Below are positions 14,150 through 27,343 of a stretch of DNA of 64,000 nt, one piece after another. The stretch is from positions 80,104,001 through 80,168,000 of the forward strand of contig OX597823.1 of assembly GCA_951406725.2 (NCBI GenBank), in the 5' to 3' direction. This DNA is from Octopus vulgaris. Taxonomy: Eukaryota. Positions within the stretch are counted from its first letter, which is position 1. Every line of letters begins with the position of its first letter. The translations under genes were made by a program, and so were the position numbers. The notes under the pieces were generated by a model. It saw only the letters and a list, made by a program, of their open reading frames with translations. It was not told the DNA's origin and did not search any database.

Positions 14150-14620
14150 CTGGTGATAGGCCGTGTCCATCGCGAGCAATGACCCGTTACTTTCCTTTGA
14201 CTAGAAATGACATACAGTTTTCCACTCTGGCAGCCATGGGGGAAATGGATAAGAGGATTGTATACTAAAGGATCAGCGTTTTCTAAAGCAGAAAAATTCC
14301 CTATTTGACCAAGAACCCATCAATTACTTCAAGTTCCCCTTGGAGTAGAACGTAAGGATGGCGTATAATATTCCACCCTCTCGCGAATTTACTGAACCGT
14401 AAATAAGACTGGTAAGAACAGCCCTGTGTACATGAAAAAGCCAGAAAACACAGCTGGGAAAAGGTGGGTCTCTTGGCATTCAAGGCAATTCTGGAAATAT
14501 GCGATTTTTTGATTAGTGGTGGTCCTTCTCTGAGAACTGTGTCGCACATTTGTATACTGCCTATGTCATCACTTTTAAGTTTATACCATCCGATTTCTGT
14601 GTAAAATTTTTGTAACACGT
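14150..14620 (-). pseudogene. Degenerate RTE-type LINE fragment (post-RT region)
   Basis: Minus-strand peptide FMYRAVLTSLIYGS resembles the RTE motif YRAVVL..LLYGSETW; many stops. Confidence 0.45.
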
Positions 14621-14665
14621 CCCTATTATATTCCCTTATCCGTCACTGTCGTCAGCAACAACAAC

Positions 14666-14753
<88 letters not shown>

Positions 14754-14778
14754 GTTATTATTATTATTATTATTATCA

Positions 14779-14868
<90 letters not shown>
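14666..14868. repeat. (AAT)n followed by (ATT)n microsatellite (self-complementary)
   Basis: Polarity switches at ~14720. Confidence 0.9.
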
Positions 14869-14870
<2 letters not shown>

Positions 14871-15052
14871 GTTCTCTTTCCATTTATCGTATATATAATG
14901 CTATTCTTATCGTTAGATTATTTTTCTACCTCACGGACATATATGTGTGTATGTATGTATGAATGTATGTATGTATGCATATATGTATGTATGTATGTAT
15001 ATATGTATGTATGTATATACATATATGTATGCGTGTATATACATACATATAT

Positions 15053-15130
<78 letters not shown>

Positions 15131-15259
15131 GCACATACACACATATGTTTGGGTTTGTTTTTATGTATGGTTATATACAAAAAAGAAAAAAAATCTAACA
15201 TTTAATTGGAAGATTATTCAATCCTTTTCAGCAAAGTAATATTTTAATTTTTATTTTTA

Positions 15260-15384
15260 TTTTTACAAGGGAAAGATCATCAGTTATTTCGAAGTTTTTC
15301 AGTTATGAAGCCTTCATCGGACCGTGCGATGATGGCTATGTAGCCGAAATTTTGAAGTAACTCTCAAAGTTTTCCTTGTAAAAA
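15260..15384. repeat. Imperfect palindrome with hammerhead-like motif
   Basis: TTTTTACAAGG...CATCG / CGATG...CCTTGTAAAAA arms; CGATGA-T-GGC-TATGTA-GCC-GAAA at 15327-15349. Confidence 0.65.
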
Positions 15385-16140
15385 TTAAATAACCAATTGT
15401 GAGGCTTTATAATACACACACATACTCGCACATACACACGTACATACAAAAACACGCACACACATACACTTGTATACACACACAAATATTCATGTGTGTG
15501 TGCGCGTGTGTGTGTGTGTGTGCGTATGTGTGTTTCTTTATATGAACCAGAAAGAGATTATGTGGAGGAAAGAGTGGGCCTGACGCGATTTTGAAATAAA
15601 ATACTAAAAATTAACATTATAAATGGTTTTGCAGTTCAAAAAAGAAAAAAAGAAAAAGCACAAAAGAACAATTTTGAGGGGAGGGGGCTAGTCTACTACA
15701 TTGACCACAACTTCTAAGTGATACATTGATTTATCGAACTCTGAAAGGATGAGAATGACTAAGATGACTCCGTAGGATTCGAACGCCGAACGTAAAACAC
15801 GGAGCAAAATACTACCTGGCATTTTGTTTATTTTTGTTACATGTGCTAACACCACCACTGCCGCTATGACCACCACAAATTATACCAAAAATAAAACTTG
15901 TAATCTTGTAATTTTAGTTGCGCCTGTTTTAGTGGTACCGTAAAATATTTTGAACGAGAAACTGCCTGTCTTTCAATAATCGCTAAGAAAAGTTGGGGTA
16001 AGCGCAAAAACTCTAAAGTTACTTTTCTTTTTCTTTTCTTTTTGTAGCATTAAATGCAAAACAGACCAATCCTTGACAGCAAAAGACAAAAAAAAAACAA
16101 AAAAACAGAAAAATAAATAACAACAATAGCAAAGACTTAC

Positions 16141-16335
16141 CCATGCAAAGATTTTAGCAAAACATGGGTCCAATTTTCCATACTAGATTCAGCAGGCAAA
16201 CCTCCTAGACGCTTTGCGTTTTGCCCTAATTGCTTCCTCTGTCTACTTATTTTAATGTTCATCTATTTATATTTAGTTTTTCGCCCTTCAATTCTCCCGC
16301 CTTGATCGGTTGCAATTGCTCAACGCTGATTGGCT
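16141..16335 (-). promoter_or_regulatory. Candidate Pol II core promoter plus short non-coding first exon
   Basis: On the minus strand in order: CCAAT (16333-16329), GGCGGGAGAA (~16301-16292), TATAAAT (~16272-16266), Inr-like TAAGT (~16249-16245), then donor TGG|GTAAGT (16140-16135). Lies in a unique, CpG-containing island upstream of and co-oriented with the 8493 ORF. Confidence 0.4.
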
Positions 16336-16727
16336 CTCCAGTCCACACGCGTCTTGGCGTAGCAGTCAGTCTACGAAAGAACTGTGTGTGTTCTTAGTTG
16401 ATGTGTGCTTGTATATTTGAGCGTGAGTGTGCATATATATGTCTGTGGGGGTGGATAGGTGGATATATAAATATATATATATATGTTTGAATACACACAC
16501 ACATACACACACACACACACACACAAACATATAAATATAAATACACAGAAAGGAACATAAAATTTGGTAGCACAGTTTTAGTTAATGTGTGTGTTTGTAT
16601 ACACGCCTATATATAATAAATATAAACATATATATATACATAAACACATTCACACGCACACACAAACACATATACGTATACACGTATATCTGTATGTATG
16701 TGTATTTGTACAGATATACATATATAT

Positions 16728-16774
<47 letters not shown>

Positions 16775-16775
16775 A

Positions 16776-16879
<104 letters not shown>

Positions 16880-16956
16880 GTGTGTATGTATGCATAATTG
16901 AAACATGGAATTAGAGGATCAGATAATCATGTTTCTGGTATGTTCATACGTGCAGG

Positions 16957-17034
<78 letters not shown>

Positions 17035-17254
17035 CGTTTTATATGAGCGCGCGCGCGTTGGCGGGTCTCTCTGTGTGTGTTTATCGGATAATCACTCTTG
17101 AATTTGCCTATCACATACCCATTATGATCTCTACTTAATTTATAAACATCAATTTTCTCTTCAGTCTTATATTTAGCCGCAAACTAAATTTGATTTCAAA
17201 ATATATATATATATATTAAATTTAATTCAATTATATATCTACATGGGTGTGTGC

Positions 17255-17295
<41 letters not shown>

Positions 17296-17449
17296 TGTGT
17301 GCGTGAATGTTGAGGGATTAGCATGCGTCTGTGTTGGGTGGGCGGCGTGTGTTCGAAGTGTGTCTGAGAGTCGGTATGCAATTAGGTTGTGTTCATGTAT
17401 GTGTTTATGTGTGTGTGTGTGCGTTTGCGCAAGCGGTATCTGAGACAGC

Positions 17450-17495
<46 letters not shown>

Positions 17496-17654
17496 GTGCT
17501 TCTGTTTATGCGTATATAATACTTATAAATGAAGTTACAGGGCGTATATGAATATGCATGTGTAAATGATATATGCTACTCTATGTAGACGCATATATAT
17601 ATATATATATATATATTCACATACATACATATATATATACATAAAGAGTAAAAA

Positions 17655-17998
17655 CCCCTTTCGGTCATGACTAACCATGGGATTGCACCTAGAAAGTTCC
17701 CCTCCTAGGGAGAAGTCCGGGTAAGTTTGTCTGTAAGACAGCCTTACCCGGACTAGCAGTTCCCCAACATACTTGTCTCCCCTCTGCTTGTCACCGATGT
17801 TGTTCAAAGAAAAAGGCAAAGGGGTCGATACAGCTTGGTACCAATGACGTCACAACTCATTTCTGCCGCTGAGTGAACTAGAGCAACGTGAAACAAAGGG
17901 TCTTGCTTAAGAACACGACACAGCCCGGTCCGGGAATCGAACACACTACCTTATGATTGTGAGTCTGATATGCTCTAACCACTCGACCATTTGCCTTC
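17655..17998 (-). mobile_element. SINE family D (C-type head/CORE-like block, different tail)
   Basis: Homologous along its length to 39195-39479; tail ends ...CTAGGTGCAATCCCATGG. Confidence 0.75.
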
Positions 17999-18097
<99 letters not shown>

Positions 18098-18124
18098 GTA
18101 TGTGTGTGTTATATGTATAAATAG

Positions 18125-18161
<37 letters not shown>

Positions 18162-18949
18162 TATATGCTTATAATCTGCATATAATAATAATATAATATA
18201 TAATATGCATATGATAATAATATATTAGATGTATTACATAGTTACATGTATTAGATATATAAACAGATATAGATACGTGTATATATATGTGTGTGTGTGT
18301 TTGTATGTGTGTGTGTGTATGTGTACATATGCATATATATATATATATAATTATAGGTATAAGCAGGTAGATATATGTATATATGTGTATATATAATATA
18401 TTTAATGTATGTATGAGCCTATAGATATGTGTGTGTATGTGTGTAGGTGTTTGCATGTGAATGCATGCATAACGCATAAATGTGTGGGTGGGTGTAATTC
18501 TATATTTATGTGTGTTTACATGCAACTTGTGTGTATGTATGTGTATGTATATAAACATATTCGTATGTATGCATGTATGTTTGATTGCGTATAAAAATAT
18601 ATCTGATTGTGCGTGTCTAAAATGTGTTAGAATGTGCTTTTGCGAGTGTGCTTGTACATGCGTGCATTTGAATCTATACAGCGTATGCGTGTGAGTGTTA
18701 TTGTGTGTGTGTGTGTGTCTGTGTGTGTTTGTGTGTGTGTGTGTGCATGTGAGTGTGTGAACTGTGTTGTTGTGTGTGTATACTTACATAAGTGTCTGTG
18801 TATATTCTTTTCTATACAAGTTAATATGAATACAATTTTATTTATATATATGTACATGTATTATTGTATAAATAAAAATACATTTATGTATGTGTGTGTG
18901 TGGATATATACGGATACACACACACATAGACAGATAGATAGATAGATAT

Positions 18950-19012
<63 letters not shown>

Positions 19013-19346
19013 TAGGCGTGGGTAGGCGATATCTATGAGTTTTGTATTTGTTTTTATTGCCGTTACTAATGTTGTTTAGACAAGTTTACACTGATTGGAA
19101 AAGATCTTAGATCAAAGTGTCTCCAACCATGACTATCCACTCTGTTTCTATGGCAACATTATCAAATCCTCCGAACAGGTAAAGTAGTCAGATCGTCGGT
19201 CAGCATACTTCACTGTATTTCTTCCGACTCTCTGCACTTCGAGTTCAAATCTTTCTGAAATCAACTGTACCCCTGAAACCATTTTTCTTTTTTTTTCTTT
19301 TCGGAGTCGAGGGAAAAGACAACCATCCAAGGCGGTAGATTGGTAC

Positions 19347-19598
19347 AGCTGGGGTCATATGGACCTTAGGGATCCATATAAATTATTTTTGTTAAAATTT
19401 ATCCGCAATAAATTCGTTATAGTTCTACAATACACAAAATATTTTAATGAGTTTTAAAAATATAATTGCTAATAATATTTTATTAGGAAAATATAAAATG
19501 ATTTTTTAAAACATCGAATGGCTAGGGAGGATCCGTCCGAGTAAAATAAGAATCATAGGGGTCCATAGGTAAAAAGCAATATGTTAAAAAAACACTGG
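19347..19598 (+). mobile_element. hAT-type MITE, degenerate; same family as 61829-62522
   Basis: Shared internal blocks (GGGTC..ATG.CCTT.GG..TCCATATA; CATCGAATG.CTA.GGA); right end GTTAAAAAAACACTG; appears to interrupt an old family-A-like SINE. Confidence 0.5.
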
Positions 19599-21145
19599 CT
19601 TATAAGAACGTCGGACTAAATGTCTTGCGGTATGTGTTCCGGCTTTTTTTGGGTTCAGAGTTCATATGTCGCTATACCCTATTTGGGTGGTAGATATAAC
19701 CCTTTTCCTGATTTAAGACCACCAATTGGCATTTTGTGCCTTTTGCAGGGTCCACTCAGTTGTAAGTATTCGGGCTTGACTTCCGGTTTCAGGATACTTT
19801 TCTCCAACCCTATACTTGTCCCAGAGGCCCTTATAAAGGGTCATGGGTAGTGATTTCTCACGTGACTGAATAATGCTTTTTTTTTAAAATGAAAATGACC
19901 TTTAAAAAAAAAAAACCCATTGAAGCGTCTGGTGTGAGGGATATTTGGGTGCTGCTTCTAGCACCGCGATCAGCCATGATTGATTCTTCTCTCTCTCTAC
20001 TCTCTTCGTTTCTGTTTCCTACGCTCTCACTCTCTCCTTCTCTCCTTCCCTCTCCCTATGTCTCTCTAACTCTCTAATTCTCTCACTCGGTCGCTCTCTC
20101 GCTCCCCCCTCTTCCTCCTCTCTCTATCAGAGTATATCTCCTCCTCTGTCTCTCTCTTCTATCTCTCTCTCTTTCTTTGGTTCGCGTGGGTGGTATTGAT
20201 TATAAGTATATTGTGTGTATATATATACATGTGCCAGTGTGTGTGCGTGTGTGTGTATGTGTGTGTGTGTGTGTGTCTGTTTATATGTAGATCCGGATGT
20301 ATGTATGGATCAGTAAAGTGTTGCTGTGATAATGTCATTAGCATAGCACGCGCGTATGCAAATGACATGAGCAGAGGTGGGAGGCGGTGCTACGATCGTA
20401 GGAGTTTTGATAGAGACGTGTGTCACCGTTTAACACTATGTATGCGAGTGCGTTTGTATGCGTGTGCCCATGCGTGCGTGCGTTTGTGTACGTGTGTGTG
20501 TGTCTGCATCTGTGTGTGCATGTGCGTGTGTGTGTGTGTGTGTGTGTTTTCATGTGAGTGTGTGTCAGCTTATTTTTGGGGGTGTGTCCAACATCGGTGC
20601 GTGTCTAGTTTGAACAAGTTTATGAATGCGCGTGTTAGTGTGTGTATTTTGGTGGGAGGTGTGTGTGTATGTATGAATGTGTGTGCGTATTTAAGATTTC
20701 TGAATGTGTGTGTACGTGTGTGTGTTTATTGTTGGGTCGTGTGTATGCTTGTATTTCGTTCTGGAAATGTGTGCATGTACTTAATATGTGAATGTATGTG
20801 CATGTGTGTGTATGCCTAGTTTGGGATGTGTGTGAGTATGGTTGAAGTTGGATAGTATGTGTGTATGTGTGTATGCTTAGTTTTGGGAATGTGCATATGT
20901 GCTTAGAATGAGCGCATGTGTACGAAGTTGTGTATGCGTGTGTGTGTAAGAATGTAGGCTTCGTTTGGAGATGTCTGTGTATGTGCATGTGTGTTTGTGT
21001 GTGTGTTTGTGCAGTGTGTGCAGTGTGTGTGTGTGTCTGTGTCTCTGTGTGTGTGCGTGTGTTTGTGTGTGTGCGCGTGTGTGTGTGCGTGTGTGACAGT
21101 ATGTGCGTGTATTTAGTTTTGAAATGTATGTAAGCGTGTGCAGTG

Positions 21146-21182
<37 letters not shown>

Positions 21183-21831
21183 GTGTGTGTGTACACATAT
21201 GTATGTGTGCTTGTGTGTAGGAGGGTGGCTAGATGTTTGTGTGTGTCTGTGTGTGTAGTTGCTTGTTAGACTTCTTAGAGTTATATATATGAACAGTGAC
21301 AGAGGACAAACTATTGATAATAAGAGGGGGGAGAGAGAAGGGGAGAACGAGAGGAGGAGAGAGAGGGGACGTAAGAACTGAAGCGAGGACTTCAAGAGAT
21401 TGATAATGAAAAGAAAGAGAAAGAAATGGAAGACGTCACTGAAAATAGGAAAGAGAAGAAAAATGAGGTTGAGTAAGAAGGGTGAGGAGAGAGAGGAGAG
21501 AGAGAGAGAGAATGAAGGAGAGATGATGAGATTGTTAACAAGGGAAGAAGAGAATGAAAAGGAGAAGAAAAAATAATTAGAGATTAGTAAACTGAAAAAG
21601 TAACATGGAGAACAGAAAAGTTAGACACGATCTACTTACCTTTCTATCTTCTTTTATCTATCAAGCTATCTACATCCGTAACTGCCTATCTCTTTACATC
21701 ACTACCGACCGCTCTATCTACCTGTCTGTCTATCAATTCCTGCGTCAATCTATTTAGCAAAATATCTCTATAACAAACCTGTACACCTGTCTACATACCT
21801 ACCAACGTAGCTATCATCTACTCACATACCT

Positions 21832-21906
<75 letters not shown>

Positions 21907-22286
21907 GTCTACCTATCTATCTATTTATCTATCTATCTATCTGTCTATTTATCTATCTATCTATCTATCTATATATCTATCTATCTATCTATCTATCTGT
22001 CTGTCTATCAGTCTATCTGTCAGTATGTATTTATGTCTGTATTTCTGTCTACGTACCTACTTAACTACTTTGTCTATCCACCTATCTACGAATCTATCCT
22101 TCGGCACACCTAACAATCTATCGATGTAACTACCAACCTATCTACTCGTATCTATCTATCTATTTATCTATATATCTGTCTACCTTTTTCTTTCTTTTTT
22201 CACACCCTTTATCGGTATGTTAGTTTGTAATTTTATGCATCCAGATCTTTACGTTTAGATGAACAGACAGACAGACTGATAAATAA

Positions 22287-22569
22287 GCTTCTTTATTGGC
22301 CACACAGGGCTGCACACAGATGGGACAAGTTACAAGGTAGAGCTTTTCTTTTGGGGGATGAAAAAAAACAAAAAACAAAAGAAACAAAAAAAAGGGGTGG
22401 CGTAGGTTTTCGATCAAGAGGGATCGTAAAAGGGAAGAAAAGAACAAAAAAATAAATAAAATAAAAAATAAAAAAGAAAAAATAAAAAGAAAAAAGAAAA
22501 GGAAAAGGAACAAAAGAAAAGAGAAATGAAAAAAGAAGAAAAGAGGGGAAAAAAGGGGAAGAGGAAAAA

Positions 22570-22570
<1 letters not shown>
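22287..22570 (-). mobile_element. 3' end of a non-LTR element (family G) associated with (GATA)n
   Basis: Homologous to 32087-32320 and 54218-54360 (TTCTTTATTGGCCACACAGGGCTGCACACAGA..GGACAA; GGTTTTCGATCAA.AGGGATCGTAAA). Confidence 0.7.
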
Positions 22571-22635
<65 letters not shown>

Positions 22636-23883
22636 TGCTTTAGACAGTGGGCAAATTTTGTTGTTATTTCTAGCGTATCGAAACGGTGTACAGACCTCTT
22701 TGGTGTCATTGCTGTTGTTTTTTATGATGATTGTATCGTTATTTAACCCCGGAAAAAAAATTAGTGGACTTGTATTCATCCATATTGACGGACATAATTT
22801 TATTTCAAAATTTCAAGTTTCATTTTGTAGATATTTGCGATGTGTGTCAGTATGTATGTTGTCGAGCTCACCATTTTCTTTTTCTCTTTTTTTTTTTTTC
22901 ATATTAAATTCCGGTATAATCTTAATCTATATACTCTGAAAGGTATTTGCAGAAAATTTCATAAAAAAGAAATTACCCATTTTTCTGAAAGTCATGAGGA
23001 AACAAGGCTGACCCCCAATCCTAACCCTCACCCTCGAAAAAGACTTTTCCATCAGATTCCTATACAATCAAAATCTACAACCATCTGATGTAAATTTGTA
23101 GTAAATTCCTTTTTAAATAAATATCCATTTTTCTAGAGGTTATGAGGAAACAAAGTCGCGGAGAGCACACTTGTGTAGATATGCCATGAAATCTTCTTCC
23201 AGTCACACCTCATAGTTTTAAGAAACGGAGAGAAACATTGAATTATAGAGTCCTAGGTACATTATGCCCAGAAGAAAACATGTGATCGTAAACTGCTAGA
23301 AAGTCTTTCATCGTTTTTCTTCTTCAAACAACTATTGTAACGTTTTCTTATATTATTGGAATAATTCTTACCGACACAAATTGACCTATGAAGTTTAGAT
23401 AACTATCCTAACTTGTGTCAATATTTCTTCTTGACTAAATACAAGGTCCTTACTTTAAGGAAGAAATCAGAAGTACCAGCGTAACGGCTGGCCTCAAAAG
23501 TTCAGATGTTTTCCTTTTCTTTCATCTTTTTTCTTTTCTCACAAGTTATATTGTAGATGTGGTGCCCTTTTCTTTTCTTTCTTTTTTAATGAGCCCTAGG
23601 GATCATAAGGCCTGTTACTCGGTTTCCATAACATATAAGTGACCACGATCACAACACTATCTCTGATTGGGACGCCGATCCATTGCAGGATTCAAGGCCA
23701 GAAATTTTTGAGGGGAGGGGACAAGTCGATTACATTGAACTCAGTACCTGACTGGTACTTTATTTTGTTGACCTTGAAGGGATAAACAGCAAAGTCGGTC
23801 TCGACTGAATTTGAACTCGATATGTAAAGGACCGGAAGACATGTTGCTACCCAATTTTTCCGCCGCGGTAAAGTTTCTTAGTT

Positions 23884-24477
23884 CTTTATTGCCCACAAGG
23901 GGCTAAACATAGAGGGGACAAACAAGGACAGACGAACGGATTAAGTCGATTATATCGACCCCAGTGCGTAACTGGTACTTAATTTAATCGACCCCGAAAG
24001 GATGAAAGGCAAAGTCAACCTCGGCGGAATTTGAACTCAGAACGTAGAGGCAGACGAAATACCTATTTCTTTACTACCCACAAGGGGCTGCACACAGAGA
24101 GGACAAACAAGGACAGACAAACGGATTAAGTCGATTATATCGACCCCAGTGCGTAACTGGTACTTAATTTATCGACCCCGAAAGGATGAAAGGCAAAGTC
24201 GACCTCGGCGGAATTTGAACTCAGAGCGTAGCGGCAGACGAAATACCTATTTCTTTACTACCCACAAGGGGATAAACACAGAGAGGACAAACAAGGACAG
24301 ACAAACGGATTAAGTCGATTATATCGACCCCAGTGCGTAACTGATACTTATTTGATCGACCCCGAAAGGATGAAAGGCAAAGTACACCTCGGCAGAATTT
24401 GAACTCAGAACGTAACGGCAGACGAAATACCGCTAAGTATTTCGCCCGGCGTGCTAACGTTTCTGTCAGCTCACCGC
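23884..24477 (-). mobile_element. SINE family A, trimeric (one head plus three ~182-bp bodies)
   Basis: Head at ~24430-24477; body repeated three times with a TAAAGAAATAGGTATTTCGTCTG junction; an older degenerate A-like copy lies at ~23705-23875. Confidence 0.9.
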
Positions 24478-25729
24478 ATTGACGTACGTTTAACGTTGGG
24501 TAGATGCGAAGTCTTGATGTTCACACGTACCGCTATCTCCAGGAGTATTTTTGTGGCTTTATTGTGAATCGATTAGTTTCAAATGACGAGGAACTTTCAT
24601 TTGTCTCTACATAACTTGGTTTAGCAGTTTACATTGCGAACCGATTTCTTTCATTGGCATTGATATGGCGCTAAAGAATTGTAAGCAAAGTGTTTAATGA
24701 CTGGCTACACTCACATGTTTGGTTCTTAAATTATACACACTGGAAAGGAAAACTTATATGTGGTGGAATTTGAACTTCTTCGACAGACAACATTAAAATA
24801 TTATCGTGTATTTTAGCCCAGCAGTCTATCATTTTTGTCACGTCGCCATTTTTTATTTTATCACAGAGCATATATATATAGTATAAACTACATCTCGTCA
24901 CTTTATTATCCAACCCCATTAAACAGTCTAAAACAGTTAGAATAAATCGTTACGAAATAAGCTTTGAAAGAAAGGAGGGAAGACTGAAAGAAAGAAATAA
25001 ACAAATAAACAAAAACAAAGTATGAATGGAAGAAAGGCGGAAATATAGGAAATAAAGCATCGAAGAATACGAGAAAAAGAGGAGAAAAAAGGAATTACAA
25101 AAATAAATAAATAAATGAATAAAAATTGGGTAGATAAGAGAAATGAGTTGAGGGCTGAGGGCTGTTTTTGAAATAAAGAACGTTGTCTCAGCATCAAAAT
25201 AAATTTAGTGTAGCTGACATTACAGCTAATATCTGGTGTTGTTTAGTGTGGTTTGGTGTCGTCTGATATGATTTGTAAGCAATATTAGTGATGTAATTTT
25301 ATAGCAAAGTGATATAACGTAGAAAAACTGCATCACTTCTGTTGGTCATATAACATCGCTTAATCACTGTAAACAGTTGTAAGAAGACAGGTTACACCAT
25401 TTCGTCTAAACATATTTTTTTTACCATGTTATGTTATTTTATCAGCAACTTTCTGTGTATTTGTCTCTTTTCTTTGAATTCCACTAGATATATTTTTTCT
25501 TTTTTGTTTGTTGCTTTTCTTTTCATTTCATTTTTCGTTTTCTTTTCGCTCATTTATACGCCCCCCCCCCGCATGTACACAAAAAAATACACGCAATTTC
25601 ATTCGCAGAAAACAAATATAAATATATTCATTCATACATACAAACATTCTCTCACACATGCGCTTATAAATAAGCATACATACATATGTAAGAATGCATA
25701 TACATAAATGGACATACACACACACACGC

Positions 25730-25830
<101 letters not shown>

Positions 25831-26104
25831 GAGTGCGAACACGATATCTTTAAGATATCTTTAAACCTGTTTACATTGATTTTATTCCTATGACACATAT
25901 GAAGTGAAAACACTGGCAAGTCATGCAATATGGAGGAAGCTCAAACGTTAAGAAAGGAAAACATAAAATAGACCTCTAGATGAAATGCAATTATGTTTAA
26001 AAGGTGTACATTTATAAGCAATGAAAGATTAGTGCCTAAATGCAGACAATGAATCTCTATTTGTATGTGTGTGTGTGTGTATGTGTACGACTCCACTGTC
26101 CGGC

Positions 26105-26305
26105 AGTCGCCATGATAGATCGGTAGCCACTACACATATTTTTTTCTCTCCTTGTTTCTCTCCTTATTTTTGTCTGTGTCTCTTTCTGTAGAAGAGCGTA
26201 GGCTCGAAACGTATAAGGCTTTTTCTATTCCTGAGCGTTATACTAATACATCTGTTTGTTTTGTACACCACCTGTCTTCGTCTTTTGTTTTTTTTCGTAA
26301 ACTCT

Positions 26306-26310
<5 letters not shown>
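26105..26310 (+). mobile_element. Penelope-like terminal repeat fragment
   Basis: GAAGAGC-GTAG-GCTC-GAAACG hairpin motif; homologues at 32365-32556, 56968-57135 and (minus) ~53665-53860; ends in (TA)n. Confidence 0.6.
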
Positions 26311-26342
<32 letters not shown>

Positions 26343-26345
<3 letters not shown>

Positions 26346-26555
26346 TTTACTCTTTTACTCTTTTACTTGTTTCAGTCATTTGACTGCGGCCATGCTGGAG
26401 CACCGCTTTTAGTCGAGCAAATCGACCCCGGGACTTATTCTTTGTAAGCCCAGTTCTTATTCTATCGGTCTCTTTTGCCGAACCGCTAAGTGACGGGGAC
26501 GTAAACACACCAGCATCGGTTGTCAAGCAATGCTAGGGGGACAAACACAGACACA

Positions 26556-26613
<58 letters not shown>

Positions 26614-26783
26614 CATATATGCGACGGACTTCTTTCAGTTTCCGTCTTCCAAATCCACTCACAAGGCTTTGGTCGGCCCGAGGCTATAGTAGAAGACACT
26701 TGCCCAAGGTGCCACGCAGTGGGACTGAACCCGGAACCATGTGGTTGGTAAACAAGCTACTTACCACACAGCCACTCCTGCGC

Positions 26784-26784
<1 letters not shown>
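26343..26784 (-). mobile_element. SINE family B, full length
   Basis: GGCGCAGGAGTGGCTGTGTGG head, GGTTCAGTCCC B-box-like, CCTTGGGCAAGTGTCTT CORE-like block, internal (TA)(TG) microsatellite, (GTAAAAGA)n tail. Confidence 0.9.
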
Positions 26785-26878
<94 letters not shown>

Positions 26879-26932
26879 GAAAAACAACATGTTTTAAATT
26901 TCTGAGCGAGATAAATACAGTAACACTCCTGA

Positions 26933-27212
26933 ATAGTAATGATTATATGCCAACATAACCTGGCAGTCTTATAAAGGACGATGTTAATGTTGTTTTGGCC
27001 CCATCTTTTCCAGCTGTCTATCGACACACAGTTTGTGTCCGTATATAGCATTTGCAAGGGAGGTCATCACTCCCATCTTTAGTAAATTGTATATACAAAC
27101 ACAAACTGTGTGTTAATATCCAGCTGGAAAAGATGTTTTCCTGGGGCTAAAGCAACAGTAACATCGTCCTTTATAGGACTGCCACGATATGTTAGTATAT
27201 GATAATTACTAT
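26933..27212. repeat. Foldback/MITE-like palindrome (~125-bp arms)
   Basis: GGCAGTCTTATAAAGGACGATGTT...CATCTTTTCCAGCTG...ACACACAGTTTGTGT mirrored by ACACAAACTGTGTGT...CAGCTGGAAAAGATG...AACATCGTCCTTTATAGGACTGCC. Confidence 0.8.
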
Positions 27213-27239
27213 ATAGGCGCAGGAGTGGCTGTGTGGTAA

Positions 27240-27343
27240 GTGTCAGCCTGATTGAAAATGGTATGATAACTACGGCCTCTAGTTGAAAAACTGTGACACA
27301 CTGACATTCGCATTTATCATATTATATTATATTTTATTATATC

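Noticed and set aside
21630-21650. Minus-strand donor-like AAG|GTAAGT
   Set aside because: Upstream sequence is GATA-type low-complexity; no acceptor or ORF supports an exon.
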